This document shows positions 54,315-63,813 of a stretch of 64,000 nt of DNA, one piece after another. Each line of letters begins with the position of its first letter. The first letter of the stretch is position 1. The translations under genes and the position numbers were made by a program. Location: positions 1 to 64,000 of the IMG/VR virus record IMGVR_UViG_2513237329_000015. The stretch is one strand, 5' to 3'. The notes beneath the pieces were generated by a model. The model made no database searches. It had not been told where the DNA came from and saw only the letters and a program-made list of their open reading frames with translations. This DNA is from a virus (Duplodnaviria > Caudoviricetes).

Positions 54315-55430
54315 ATGGCTATGAATGTAACCGTAAACCGGGCCGAATTTCTGGCGGCGGCAAAGCGGGCGGCATCGGTTGCTCCGCTCTCATCCCCGCT
54401 GGAGCCGCTGAGAGGTATCCTGCTGGAGACCGACCGCAGGGAAGGATGCCTGACTATCAGCGCCACCAACCTGGAGGTTTCTCTTGTCCAAACCATCCCG
54501 TGCACCTCTCTGGACGTCGACGCCCTGGTACTCAATGCCCGGCTTCTGGAAGGGATGCTCGACAAACTGGAGGAAGACAGCGTGACGCTGATCCGTGTGG
54601 AGCAGCAACCGGTGGTTTTACTCACCAGCGGCCTTGCCACCTATAGGATAGGGGTATGGGAGCGCGGCCTCTTCCCGCAAATCGAATCGCCCTATCCGGC
54701 GGATACCGTCCTGGTCACTGGAATCCCTGCCATGACCAAGCGCACCATATTTGCGGTGGGAGAGAAGAAAAATACGCCCCTGCTGCGCTGCGTAAACCTC
54801 ATGTTTACGCCGAACGGCCTGAAAGCGGTGGGCAGCAACGGAAGCTGTGTGGTCAGCGCGAAGGGGGACAGCCAGAGTACCGGCAACATCAGCTTGCTTG
54901 TGCCGGCATCTTCTCTGGGCAAGCTGGCCCACATGTGTGAGGATACGGATGAATTCCGGGTCGGAACCACTGGAGACCATATCGTTTTCTTCCGGGACGG
55001 ACTTCTGTTCAGCGCACGGCTCATGTCCGGCCGGTATATCAATACCGAACAGCTCATCTCCTCTCTGGTCAACACCTTTACTGTTTTTACCGATGTGACC
55101 GATCTGCGTGATGGCCTTTATACCGCCTGCTCTGTGGAAGCGGATGGGAAGGTCATGCTGCACTTTGAGGGGGACCGGCTCATATTCCGCTGCGACGGCG
55201 TCTACGGCAGTGCGGTTTCCCAGATCGACGTGATCCCGTTGAGAGGGACGCCCCAGGGAGAGTTCTGGTATCTGACCCGTCCGCTCCTGACGTGCCTGGA
55301 TGCACTTTCCGGTACGGTCCAGCTTGGCACGGCGCAGGGCGGTCTGCTGACCATCTCCACTGAGGACGCTTTTTATATGCAAAACGGAGTGCGCCCGCCC
55401 AGTGAGCAGCAGTCCTCTAAGGCGGCCTGA
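54315..55430 (+). CDS. dnaN: DNA polymerase III beta-clamp homologue
   Basis: 371 aa; PLRGILLE, LTISATNLEVS, FSARLMSGRY; divergent, not in dnaA-dnaN-recF context. Confidence 0.8.
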   Translation: MAMNVTVNRAEFLAAAKRAASVAPLSSPLEPLRGILLETDRREGCLTISATNLEVSLVQTIPCTSLDVDALVLNARLLEGMLDKLEEDSVTLIRVEQQPVVLLTSGLATYRIGVWERGLFPQIESPYPADTVLVTGIPAMTKRTIFAVGEKKNTPLLRCVNLMFTPNGLKAVGSNGSCVVSAKGDSQSTGNISLLVPASSLGKLAHMCEDTDEFRVGTTGDHIVFFRDGLLFSARLMSGRYINTEQLISSLVNTFTVFTDVTDLRDGLYTACSVEADGKVMLHFEGDRLIFRCDGVYGSAVSQIDVIPLRGTPQGEFWYLTRPLLTCLDALSGTVQLGTAQGGLLTISTEDAFYMQNGVRPPSEQQSSKAA

Positions 55431-55433
55431 CCG

Positions 55434-56276
55434 ATGGGTCTCAAAATACTGAGCTGCGGCGCGGGGATGCAGAGCACCGCTATGGCGCTCATCAGCTGCG
55501 CGCAGGTAGACGGCCCGGTGGAACACCCGGAGGTTCCGCGGTACGACGCCGTGATTTACTGTGATCTGGGGATTGAACCGGAGTGGGTTGCCAGACAGGT
55601 CGCCTTTCTGGAGGATGCCTGTACCAGACAGGGGATACCCTTTTACATTCTGAAAAGCGACCTTTATCAAGATTATATGGAAAACTTCGGCGTCAGGCGG
55701 GTGGCCGGTATGCCCTTCTGGACGCTGGATGAAGACGGAAAGGCCGGGAAAATACACCGGCGGGCCTGCACGATCGAGTACAAGATCCTCATGATCCAAA
55801 AATTTGTCCGGTACAGACTTCTGGGCTACCAGCTATATCAGAGGCTGGCCCGGAAGGACATAGGGGCCCATGAACTGCACATCGGCTTCTCTTACGAGGA
55901 GGCTAACCGCTCATTCCCCAGTCATCACAAAATGTTCAAGAACAGATTTCCACTCATCGAGATGAAGTGGCAGCGGAAGGACACCTATGCCTATAACCTG
56001 GACGTATGGGGGCTGGACACTAAGGCCAGCGCCTGCTGTATCTGCCCTTATCATCAAAATTATTTTTTCCAGTATTTGAAGGAGCATTACCCCCGGCATT
56101 ATCAAAATGTCGTAGATTTCGACAATATGCTGGAGAATATGCAGCCCCCAAGCCCGATCCGTAACCGTGTATTCCTGTCCCGGTCCAGAAAGCGCATCCG
56201 GGATCTCCGACCGGAGGACTGCGATGACGCGCAGACCTTCGATTATCAGGGAAGGCGGATATGGAACGGCTTTTGA
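55434..56276 (+). CDS. PAPS-reductase / adenine nucleotide alpha-hydrolase-like protein
   Basis: ILSCGAGMQSTAM PP-loop variant, CTIEYKI, IGFSYEE, FPLIE, SACCICPY. Confidence 0.7.
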   Translation: MGLKILSCGAGMQSTAMALISCAQVDGPVEHPEVPRYDAVIYCDLGIEPEWVARQVAFLEDACTRQGIPFYILKSDLYQDYMENFGVRRVAGMPFWTLDEDGKAGKIHRRACTIEYKILMIQKFVRYRLLGYQLYQRLARKDIGAHELHIGFSYEEANRSFPSHHKMFKNRFPLIEMKWQRKDTYAYNLDVWGLDTKASACCICPYHQNYFFQYLKEHYPRHYQNVVDFDNMLENMQPPSPIRNRVFLSRSRKRIRDLRPEDCDDAQTFDYQGRRIWNGF

Positions 56277-56293
56277 ATGAAGCGAAAGGAGGG

Positions 56294-56698
56294 ATGCGAT
56301 TGGGACATTCCGGCATCTGCCGCTACTGCGGCGGCAAGATCCGCGTCGTACCGGCCGAACAGATCTACGGCAAGGCCGCGGCGGAGCGGTTAAACCTGCA
56401 AACCGAGTATATCCACCAGTGCCAGAACTGCAATGCGAGGGTCGGCTGCCACAAGGGTACCAAGCGTCCGCTGGGCTCTGTAGCCAACGAGACGCTGCGG
56501 CTCAAGCGCATGGAGACGCACCACGTTTTTGACAGTTTCTGGCGCAGGAAGGGTATGACGCGTACCCAGGCTTACCGATGGCTGGCGAAGAAACTGGATT
56601 TACCCGTGAAGCGCACCCACATCGGGGGCTTTGAGATGGACCAGTGCCAGATGACCATCGACCTGTGTAACGTGGAAGAAGAAATGGAGGCTGTTTGA
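56294..56698 (+). CDS. Zinc-finger protein (DUF3268-like)
   Basis: CRYCGG, CQNCNARVGCH..T..PLG, AYRWLA..L......HIG.F...QC. Confidence 0.72.
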   Translation: MRLGHSGICRYCGGKIRVVPAEQIYGKAAAERLNLQTEYIHQCQNCNARVGCHKGTKRPLGSVANETLRLKRMETHHVFDSFWRRKGMTRTQAYRWLAKKLDLPVKRTHIGGFEMDQCQMTIDLCNVEEEMEAV

Positions 56699-56831
56699 AT
56701 GCGGGAATAAAGAGCTGATATTGAACAGCGGATCTTGACACAGAAGCCAAGGCAGAATATCCGGGAACAGGGGGGCAGACCAGCTCGGCAGCGGCCGGGC
56801 TGGTCCGCCTTCTCATTTGAAAAGAGGTTTT

Positions 56832-57113
56832 ATGAAACTTTATAAAATCATTGACACTGTGATCCCCTATATGTGGAACACCCCCTGCAAAATTGCAATC
56901 TTTACCGACGGAAGGCGCATGAAGATCTATGAAAAGGTATTTCCCCGCTGTGCGTCTGGGTCGGCTTCCTGGGTTCGGCATCTCGGCCTGGAGGAACGGT
57001 TCCGCACGCCGCAGGCGGTGGAGGTATATCTCTCAGAGATTGAGAACGAGACCGCCAAGGCGGTCAAACAGTACATTGCTGAAAAGACGCGGCAGACAAA
57101 GGAGGCACAATGA
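56832..57113 (+). CDS. Hypothetical protein
   Basis: GAGG RBS; in operon. Confidence 0.6.
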   Translation: MKLYKIIDTVIPYMWNTPCKIAIFTDGRRMKIYEKVFPRCASGSASWVRHLGLEERFRTPQAVEVYLSEIENETAKAVKQYIAEKTRQTKEAQ

Positions 57114-57114
57114 T

Positions 57115-57642
57115 ATGCACACCAATCAGGCACTGCGCGCGTATGGATGCGCGGAGTGCACCTTCTTGACGTGCCAGGGATTTGAACGCTACTGCGGAGG
57201 TTTCCCGGAAAAACGAAAGCCAAAGCGTTTTTGGAAGACCGATCCCCAGTGGAAGGCTCCGAAGTGGTGCCCACGGCGGAAAACCCCGGCCGTCTACCGT
57301 GTGTATCACTATAAGAACGACGGCTCCATGCTTCTGTCAAATGCACTTCTGCACTTTGACGGGAAAGGGCATGGCGCTACTGCATTTGTCAGCGACCGGC
57401 ACTACGCTCTGGTTGCGGAGGGGACGACACAGCTTTCGGCCAGGCAGTTTTTGACATCCAGCCATCAGCAGCCGGCCTCTACCCTTCTGGACTATCCGGA
57501 TCTCGTCTACGGAAATGTGGTGGAGATTGATGATGGGCTTCGCCCCTGCTGCTTTTATTACCGTAGCCATCGAAATTTCGCTGTCTGCTTTGAATTCCAT
57601 CAGAGTCAATCGGAACCGCCGAGAAAAGAGGGCACGCCATGA
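57115..57642 (+). CDS. Hypothetical Cys-rich protein
   Basis: AAGGAGG RBS; CAEC..C..C, PKWCPRR. Confidence 0.6.
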   Translation: MHTNQALRAYGCAECTFLTCQGFERYCGGFPEKRKPKRFWKTDPQWKAPKWCPRRKTPAVYRVYHYKNDGSMLLSNALLHFDGKGHGATAFVSDRHYALVAEGTTQLSARQFLTSSHQQPASTLLDYPDLVYGNVVEIDDGLRPCCFYYRSHRNFAVCFEFHQSQSEPPRKEGTP

Positions 57643-58004
57643 ACAAACCGCCTGCATCTGTTTCGGAACATGGGCCGGAGTTGGCGCTATATGAGTGCCG
57701 CATCCGGGAAAACGGCTGGGAAGAACCGTTCCGCTATATGCTCCTGGATCGTCTGCGGCAGGACTGCCTGTACTTTCTGGGCTTTGGAAACCGCTGTGAG
57801 CGGTGCCTCTGGGCAGGAAATATTCGAGACCAGATTGGCTATATGAAGGCACTCTGGAACAGCTTTCCTTCGGCGGGCAAGCCGGAGTGGCTGCCCTGGG
57901 ACGAGATTCTGGCTCTTGAAGCGCGTATGACAGACGATATATCGGCCGCTGGAAGTGAAGGCTTTTTACCATCGGGTACGGTTCAGTCCAAGTACCCAAA
58001 GTAA
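57639..58004 (+). CDS. LPD11-like (large polyvalent protein domain) protein
   Basis: YMLLDRLRQDCLYFLG.G......LWAG....QI.YMKALWNSF....KPEWL. Confidence 0.7.
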   Translation: MNKPPASVSEHGPELALYECRIRENGWEEPFRYMLLDRLRQDCLYFLGFGNRCERCLWAGNIRDQIGYMKALWNSFPSAGKPEWLPWDEILALEARMTDDISAAGSEGFLPSGTVQSKYPK

Positions 58005-58015
58005 GGAGGACCTGA

Positions 58016-58201
58016 TTGAAGAAACAGAGAAAACATTGTAACAACTGCCACTATTCCTACTACCGCACGGAGGGACAGAGGGGCAAACGCCAACACTGTA
58101 ACAATCCCAATTATAATTCAGCCGCTTATTCCCGCAAAATGCTGATGGAGGACTGGGGCCGCTTCTGCCGGTTCTGGGCCCCGAGGCAGAAAAACAAATG
58201 A
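58016..58201 (+). CDS. Small Cys-containing hypothetical protein
   Basis: AGGAGG RBS, TTG start; CNNCHY...C...CRFW. Confidence 0.55.
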   Translation: MKKQRKHCNNCHYSYYRTEGQRGKRQHCNNPNYNSAAYSRKMLMEDWGRFCRFWAPRQKNK

Positions 58202-58217
58202 AAAGGAGCGCCATCTC

Positions 58218-58586
58218 ATGAAAAACAACTATTCTATCGCCGAGCGCAACCGTATCGTAGAGGAACATCTCTGGTGCATCGACCGGGTTATCCGCAAGAA
58301 CCGTTCGTTGATGCGCGCGGCGCGTCTGGACTATGATGACGTGTACCAGCAGCTCTCCATCCGGCTCATTCGGGCCGTCGCGGGCTTCGATCCCCAAAAG
58401 GGTAAATTGAAGCAGCATATCTTTGCCCAGCTCCGGTTTGAGTTGCTCAACTGCAAGCGGCCATACCGTATGTTTGGTATGACCGGCCTGCCCGCAGACT
58501 ACCGCGGCAAAAAAATCATCTCGATCGAGGATTACTTGGAACGACACAGCGGAGCGGAGCCCGATGGCTTCTTCCTGTCGGCGTGA
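58218..58586 (+). CDS. Short sigma-70 region-2-like protein
   Basis: RNRIVEEHL..I..V...DYDDVYQ...IRLIRAVAGFDP.KG; region 4 absent. Confidence 0.68.
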   Translation: MKNNYSIAERNRIVEEHLWCIDRVIRKNRSLMRAARLDYDDVYQQLSIRLIRAVAGFDPQKGKLKQHIFAQLRFELLNCKRPYRMFGMTGLPADYRGKKIISIEDYLERHSGAEPDGFFLSA

Positions 58587-58666
58587 GATGGATGTGCAGT
58601 CAGTGATGGAAACTGTTTCCACAAGTTGCTGTAAGAATAATAATATTCAATGGAGGACATACCGCT

Positions 58667-59011
58667 ATGAGCATTCGTTTGACGCAGGTTGAGCTTCAGT
58701 CGGAAGAGGATACCGTGATTTTTCTGGCTTCGGGGTATCTGAACTGCGTGGAACAGGTCAAGCCTCTTCTGGAGGCGGAAAACTTTTTGGAGGACCACGA
58801 TGGGGAGGACATTGAAGTTTCCCTGAGCCATTATCTGTACGGAGACGAAGGGCCGGCATATGACGCCGACCAGAATCACATCCGTCTGATTCAAGCTGTT
58901 GAGGACACACCGGACTGGATCGGCGAGCTTGGGAATTTTCTCTTGCAGCACGCCCGGCTTGTGGACGAGCTGATGTTTACCATCCCGGGCCAGCCGAACG
59001 AGCAGCCATAA
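58667..59011 (+). CDS. Acidic hypothetical protein
   Basis: GGAGG RBS. Confidence 0.65.
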   Translation: MSIRLTQVELQSEEDTVIFLASGYLNCVEQVKPLLEAENFLEDHDGEDIEVSLSHYLYGDEGPAYDADQNHIRLIQAVEDTPDWIGELGNFLLQHARLVDELMFTIPGQPNEQP

Positions 59012-59035
59012 CACAAAGAGGGATGTGATTCCTGT

Positions 59036-59542
59036 ATGAGCATGGTAACGAAACAGGAGATCCTTGAGTTCTGGAAAAAGCATGAGACACCGGAGGCCAA
59101 AGAGGAGCGCCGGGAAGTAGAGGCGTTGAAAAAGGACCTTCGGATTGCCCAGGACAGCATCCAGGACGCGATTGCCCGCTACCGCAAGGCCAAGCTGCGC
59201 GCCCGCAGCAAGGCTAAGGCCAGTTCGGAGGATATATTTCTCCCTCTGGAGGAGTATTCTTCCCGGACCGACATCCAAGACGCCTATGGTTACGAGATGA
59301 TTTCGGAGACGGAATATGACCGCCTGATGACCCTTTGGGAGCTGCGGGAGCAATCCAGCCGGAAGGACGGATCTTACACGGATCGGGTGGTCGAGATGCT
59401 GGAAGTGGCCAGCCGGGACATCTGGGATGCCTACGGTGATCCGGTTATGGAGTACGATGAAAAAGTCTCCCGGATGCACCGGGAGGCGGAGCGGATCGCT
59501 GCGGAGAACTGGCGTCGGGAGCTGGATCACACTGCTGAGTGA
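59036..59542 (+). CDS. Hypothetical coiled-coil protein
   Basis: 168 aa charged helical ORF in operon. Confidence 0.65.
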   Translation: MSMVTKQEILEFWKKHETPEAKEERREVEALKKDLRIAQDSIQDAIARYRKAKLRARSKAKASSEDIFLPLEEYSSRTDIQDAYGYEMISETEYDRLMTLWELREQSSRKDGSYTDRVVEMLEVASRDIWDAYGDPVMEYDEKVSRMHREAERIAAENWRRELDHTAE

Positions 59543-59883
59543 TGGAGGAGTCCGTGAAGTATAAAAAGATTTATAACATTTTAAAGAAGGGCGGCGCGAG
59601 CATCACCCTGGATTACAGCGGCTGGTGGAGCGCGTATTGTCCCAATAACTATATGGCCCGGAATAGACCTCTGTGGATCGTGGCCGAAGTCCCCCATCTT
59701 CATCTGAGACTGTGGATCACACATGAATTTGGCACGCTGAGGGTAACGACAGCGGACACCGCGCAGCCTTCCGACAGCCGTGCTTATCATGACTCCCAGA
59801 TCCGCAGGACCTTCCGCAACCAGCGGGAAATGGCGGAGTATTTGGAGACGATGCTGTGCCGGAACAGAAAGGAGGCCGTATGA
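59539..59883 (+). CDS. Hypothetical protein
   Basis: Overlaps neighbouring genes; start uncertain. Confidence 0.6.
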   Translation: MMEESVKYKKIYNILKKGGASITLDYSGWWSAYCPNNYMARNRPLWIVAEVPHLHLRLWITHEFGTLRVTTADTAQPSDSRAYHDSQIRRTFRNQREMAEYLETMLCRNRKEAV

Positions 59884-60221
59884 AACTCTATTTTTCCACG
59901 ATCCGGATCGCGCTCCCTAATACGGAAGTCTTGACCTACTGGGAGAGCGGACACCCGGATGAGTACGATGTCCAGGAGCTCTTTGCCCGCAGCGCCCGCT
60001 ATCATACCGTGGCAGAGCTGCTGACAGAGACGGCGGAGGTCGCAGTTTCCCACTATATCTATGAAACGGAGAGCCCCGGGCCGGATGCGGTGGCGGAGCA
60101 GAGCCACTTCGATCTGCTGGACGCCTATAACGAGCTGGCCCGCCGGCACCGTCGGGCCCGGTTTGAGCATCGGGAGGATGTCTGCAAGGTACGAACATTC
60201 AGCCTTCACCTGGAACTATGA
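59880..60221 (+). CDS. Hypothetical protein
   Basis: AAGGAGG RBS; ATGA overlap. Confidence 0.62.
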   Translation: MKLYFSTIRIALPNTEVLTYWESGHPDEYDVQELFARSARYHTVAELLTETAEVAVSHYIYETESPGPDAVAEQSHFDLLDAYNELARRHRRARFEHREDVCKVRTFSLHLEL

Positions 60222-60233
60222 CGGAGGGATAGA

Positions 60234-61241
60234 ATGGATCACAGACGAACGATTTCGCCGGCCTACTATGAAAAAATGGCTGAGGCCAAAGCTGTCTTTT
60301 GTTCTTACTGTACGCTTGGCGCAATGCTGTTTTGGGAAGACTGCGAGGGCTGCAAAATACAAAGGATGTTTCATGCAGTCCAGAGAACGATTAAGGAGGA
60401 AATGCCTCCCAAAGAACAGGGTGCCATAGTGCAGGAACAAAACACCTATGAGGGAATAGATCTGCCGCGGGAAATGATTGAGAGCATCGGTAAAGGTCCT
60501 GCCACTGAAGGTGGCTTCCGCACCTCGCCGGAATTTATCATTTGGGAGGACGGTATGTACGAGGCGTTCCGGCTCCAGCTTGTGGAGGAGAAGACTGGCC
60601 TGCCTGACTTCGCCGGAACGGATGACCTGCCGCCTACCCAATCCACACTGTACTATCTGAGGGTTATTTGTGTGGAACGCGGACAACGGACCATCATGGA
60701 AGCGATTCAGATTTGGGATACCAGCTATGCAAATGTCCGGAAGGAGATAAAGTCTGTTGTGGACCGACGTTTGCAACAATCAGTGGACAGCCTCTGGGGC
60801 ATTGAAGCACTCCCTTTTCTGAAGCAATATCTGCTCTATCCCTATGCTCCGGAAGATCTGGCCGAGGAGCTGCTGAAGGAGTTGGCCAATCAGTCGGAAG
60901 CCGGGGGAGACACCGCCGGTTTTGTGTCTACGCAGGAGCATTTCCTGGCTGCTCCGAGGAATATGCGGGGTCTCCAGGATTCCTCCCTGATCCAGAATGC
61001 CCATGTCAGCCTAAGCCGGCAGGCCGGGAGCGGACACCCCCGGCATTTCCTGAAGGTCCGCAATACAATCCCCCCGAGGTTTACCAGCCTGCTGGAGATA
61101 CGGGAGGCAAATGCGGCGGCCATTCAAAAAGAGCTGGAACGGCTATTAGGCTACTTGGCCGAGGTGGAACGGCTCAGGAACCCTCTTGCTCCTTCGGGCG
61201 GGGCAGCCGCTACAGGGGAAGGTCAGGGAAATGCACACTGA
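60234..61241 (+). CDS. Hypothetical protein with N-terminal CxxC...CxxC
   Basis: GGAGG RBS; CSYC...CEGC. Confidence 0.62.
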   Translation: MDHRRTISPAYYEKMAEAKAVFCSYCTLGAMLFWEDCEGCKIQRMFHAVQRTIKEEMPPKEQGAIVQEQNTYEGIDLPREMIESIGKGPATEGGFRTSPEFIIWEDGMYEAFRLQLVEEKTGLPDFAGTDDLPPTQSTLYYLRVICVERGQRTIMEAIQIWDTSYANVRKEIKSVVDRRLQQSVDSLWGIEALPFLKQYLLYPYAPEDLAEELLKELANQSEAGGDTAGFVSTQEHFLAAPRNMRGLQDSSLIQNAHVSLSRQAGSGHPRHFLKVRNTIPPRFTSLLEIREANAAAIQKELERLLGYLAEVERLRNPLAPSGGAAATGEGQGNAH

Positions 61242-62094
61242 TCCATACACAACGCCATGGGCGGGACTTCATGCGTTCATCGTTCATTTGGGCCCGCAGA
61301 GCTGTCGGTGTCCCGGACTGCTGAGCGAGGCGGCCTTTGACCGCGTGATGGACGCACTCAACTGGAGAATGCCCTACCATCTTCGGGCCTTTCACTGTTC
61401 GAGCCCGGAGACGGCGGCGGCAAATCCCGTGCTGCGGGCCATGCCGGAATTTACGGAGCCGCTGGAAGCTGTGCTGTTCACAGCCCCTGCAGCGCCCATG
61501 CGTCTGAAAGACAAGCGGCGCAAGCAGACGCTATCGGTACGCAGCAAGTACGGCGACTATGCGCTTGCGGAAACGGAGGACGGCTATGGCCGCCTGTACC
61601 GCGTGGATGGGACCACCTCCAGCCTGATCACCAGGCTGGAGGCGCATCCCATCACGATTCAGGAGGCCGGCGCCTATGTGGAGGCACACCACCGCCACAA
61701 TGCAGGACCGAAGTTTCACAAGTTCTCCCTCTGCCTCCGGGCCCCGGGAGAACCGGAACCGGTAGGTGTGGCGATTGCCAGCATACCCAAGGCCCGCCGC
61801 CAGATGGATGGCGTGACATTGGAGATCAACCGTTGCTGCACCGACCCACGCTATGCGGACGTGTGCAGCAACCTCTACGCCCGCACGATCCGGATTGGCC
61901 GGGAGATGGGCTACACCCGCTTTCTGACCTATACCCTGCCGGAGGAGAGCGGGAGCAGCCTGCGGGCGGTGGGATTCCAGCTGGACGGTACCGTACACGG
62001 TTCCTCTCACGGCTGGGATTCTCCGTCCCGTCCCCGTACTGCCGGACGGTATCCGTCCGGTGATAAGCTCAGATGGGTGCTTTTGGCCCCATAA
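61231..62094 (+). CDS. XF1762-like (Mom/GNAT-like) protein
   Basis: PITIQEA.AYV..HHRH, VGVAI...P.AR..DG.TLEINRCC, GY....TYTL.EESGSSLRAVGF. Confidence 0.7.
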   Translation: MHTDPYTTPWAGLHAFIVHLGPQSCRCPGLLSEAAFDRVMDALNWRMPYHLRAFHCSSPETAAANPVLRAMPEFTEPLEAVLFTAPAAPMRLKDKRRKQTLSVRSKYGDYALAETEDGYGRLYRVDGTTSSLITRLEAHPITIQEAGAYVEAHHRHNAGPKFHKFSLCLRAPGEPEPVGVAIASIPKARRQMDGVTLEINRCCTDPRYADVCSNLYARTIRIGREMGYTRFLTYTLPEESGSSLRAVGFQLDGTVHGSSHGWDSPSRPRTAGRYPSGDKLRWVLLAP

Positions 62095-62160
62095 CCAAAC
62101 AACAGACCGGAGGTGGCCTTCCAGGGTTCGGAAGGCCGCCCCGCGAAAGGAGAATTTAAT

Positions 62161-62670
62161 ATGTCAATCTGTATTATCCATCTGTCCGATGGAAAAGTGG
62201 CCGGAGTCTACAGCAATACGCATGAACCCATGGAGGTAATGGTCATGGAGCGCGACGGCCCGCGGATGACCGAGGAGCAGCAGGCCCGGTACCGCGCATT
62301 TCAAACCATGGTGAAGTACGGCCTGGTCATGGACTGGCAGAATCCGCCTTATCCTGTGCCGTGTGCTCCAGAATTTGCGCCTAATCTTCTGGATGAGCTG
62401 CTTGTCAGGCCGAAGGACGGCACAGCGGACAGGGAACGTCAAAGACTGGAGCTGTCCTACGCTATGGGCTATCTCGCGGCGCAGAGGAAGCTGCGGGAGA
62501 CGCTGGAGCGTTTTACCCGCACGGGCCGGACGGTTATGGAGGAGTTCCCGTCGGAAATCCGGGATTTCTTTGGAAAGTACCAGGATGATCAGCTCAAGGT
62601 ATTTCTGGAGTTGTGCGCGGAGGCGAACGGTACAGATGCCGCTGGGAGAAAGGAGTGCGTGAATGGATAA
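62161..62670 (+). CDS. Hypothetical protein
   Basis: AAAGGAG RBS. Confidence 0.62.
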   Translation: MSICIIHLSDGKVAGVYSNTHEPMEVMVMERDGPRMTEEQQARYRAFQTMVKYGLVMDWQNPPYPVPCAPEFAPNLLDELLVRPKDGTADRERQRLELSYAMGYLAAQRKLRETLERFTRTGRTVMEEFPSEIRDFFGKYQDDQLKVFLELCAEANGTDAAGRKECVNG

Positions 62671-63760
62671 GCCGTGTTCCTGCAAGGCGATGTACCGCCA
62701 TGACTGGTCCAGTATCCATGAGCATTGCAAGCGATACTTTATACCTGTAGGCTGGGGCTACTGTGAGACGCCGAAGCATGGTATCCGGCCCTCCCTGATT
62801 TTGCAGGGGCGATGCAAAGCATGCGGCGGTTCCATCGAGATGGGCTATCCGGTTCCGGCCGCCTGTGAGGACGATGGGGAACGGTATCATTTCCTGTTCC
62901 GCCAACTTCAAACCTGGCGGCCATATGCTAATCTGTCAGAGAATGTATTGCCAGCGGCGGCGGAACGCCTTGCCTGGTATGAGGAGCAGGAGGAACGGAC
63001 CACTGATGGGTGGGCTCAGTTGCTGCTGGATCTCCTCCCGGAAGCCGAAGCTCCCTATGCCCGTCTGTGGCTGTCCGGCTATCGGAAACGGCAGGAGGAG
63101 CAGTGGCGGGGAGCATGGCCCATTGGCTCCGTGGCACGGTTCAAGCAGGAAGCCCCTATCCATGTAACCCCATATATCGGATACGGACAAGGACGGGACA
63201 TCACCGCCCGCCCTATGCAGGAAATGAAGGTGGTCAATGTCCATGCTTGTCCCGAGGGCGTTATTTACTCCGGCCTCATTAAAGTGGAACGGGAAACCTT
63301 CTACATAGAAGAAGTAAAGGACGCCCTGCTTTATTCGCAGGAGGAATGGGAGGCACTACTCCCGGAACTGGAAGCTGAGCCCTCACCCCTTTTATTCCGG
63401 AGTAGTTTTAAAGCTCAGTTCCCGCCGCAGCCGGTGGAACGATACTACGTTCTGGCTGAGGAGTGCGGCTTTTTCGGGGAGAAAAAAGAGCTGCACCTCT
63501 TGGCTGCATCCGCCTCCGTAGATCTTTTGAAAGACCAGATCAGTCGGGAAATTGCTCGCCTTACCACAGCAGATTTGCTGTCGGTTGGCGCCGCATTTAT
63601 GCCGCTGGAGGTGGAGTCGCCTGAGTCTGAGGATTACAGCTACAGGTACATAGAGATAGGCGGTTCGCTTACATATTATATCAGTCCGGTTCCTGTCCTC
63701 GCTATGGAGGCTATTTCGCCTCGTGAGCAAGGGTCGGGAGTTGAAGGCCATATATCCTGA
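62663..63760 (+). CDS. Hypothetical protein with Cys-rich N-terminus
   Basis: AAGGAG RBS; 365 aa. Confidence 0.62.
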   Translation: MDKPCSCKAMYRHDWSSIHEHCKRYFIPVGWGYCETPKHGIRPSLILQGRCKACGGSIEMGYPVPAACEDDGERYHFLFRQLQTWRPYANLSENVLPAAAERLAWYEEQEERTTDGWAQLLLDLLPEAEAPYARLWLSGYRKRQEEQWRGAWPIGSVARFKQEAPIHVTPYIGYGQGRDITARPMQEMKVVNVHACPEGVIYSGLIKVERETFYIEEVKDALLYSQEEWEALLPELEAEPSPLLFRSSFKAQFPPQPVERYYVLAEECGFFGEKKELHLLAASASVDLLKDQISREIARLTTADLLSVGAAFMPLEVESPESEDYSYRYIEIGGSLTYYISPVPVLAMEAISPREQGSGVEGHIS

Positions 63761-63813
63761 TGTGTTATGTTAAAGTCAATCGGAAACCGGCTGCTGATCT
63801 GGAGGTATTGAAT

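Noticed and set aside
54315-55430. Chromosomal origin region (housekeeping dnaN)
   Set aside because: No dnaA, recF or gyrB neighbours and no DnaA-box cluster seen; the sequence is divergent.
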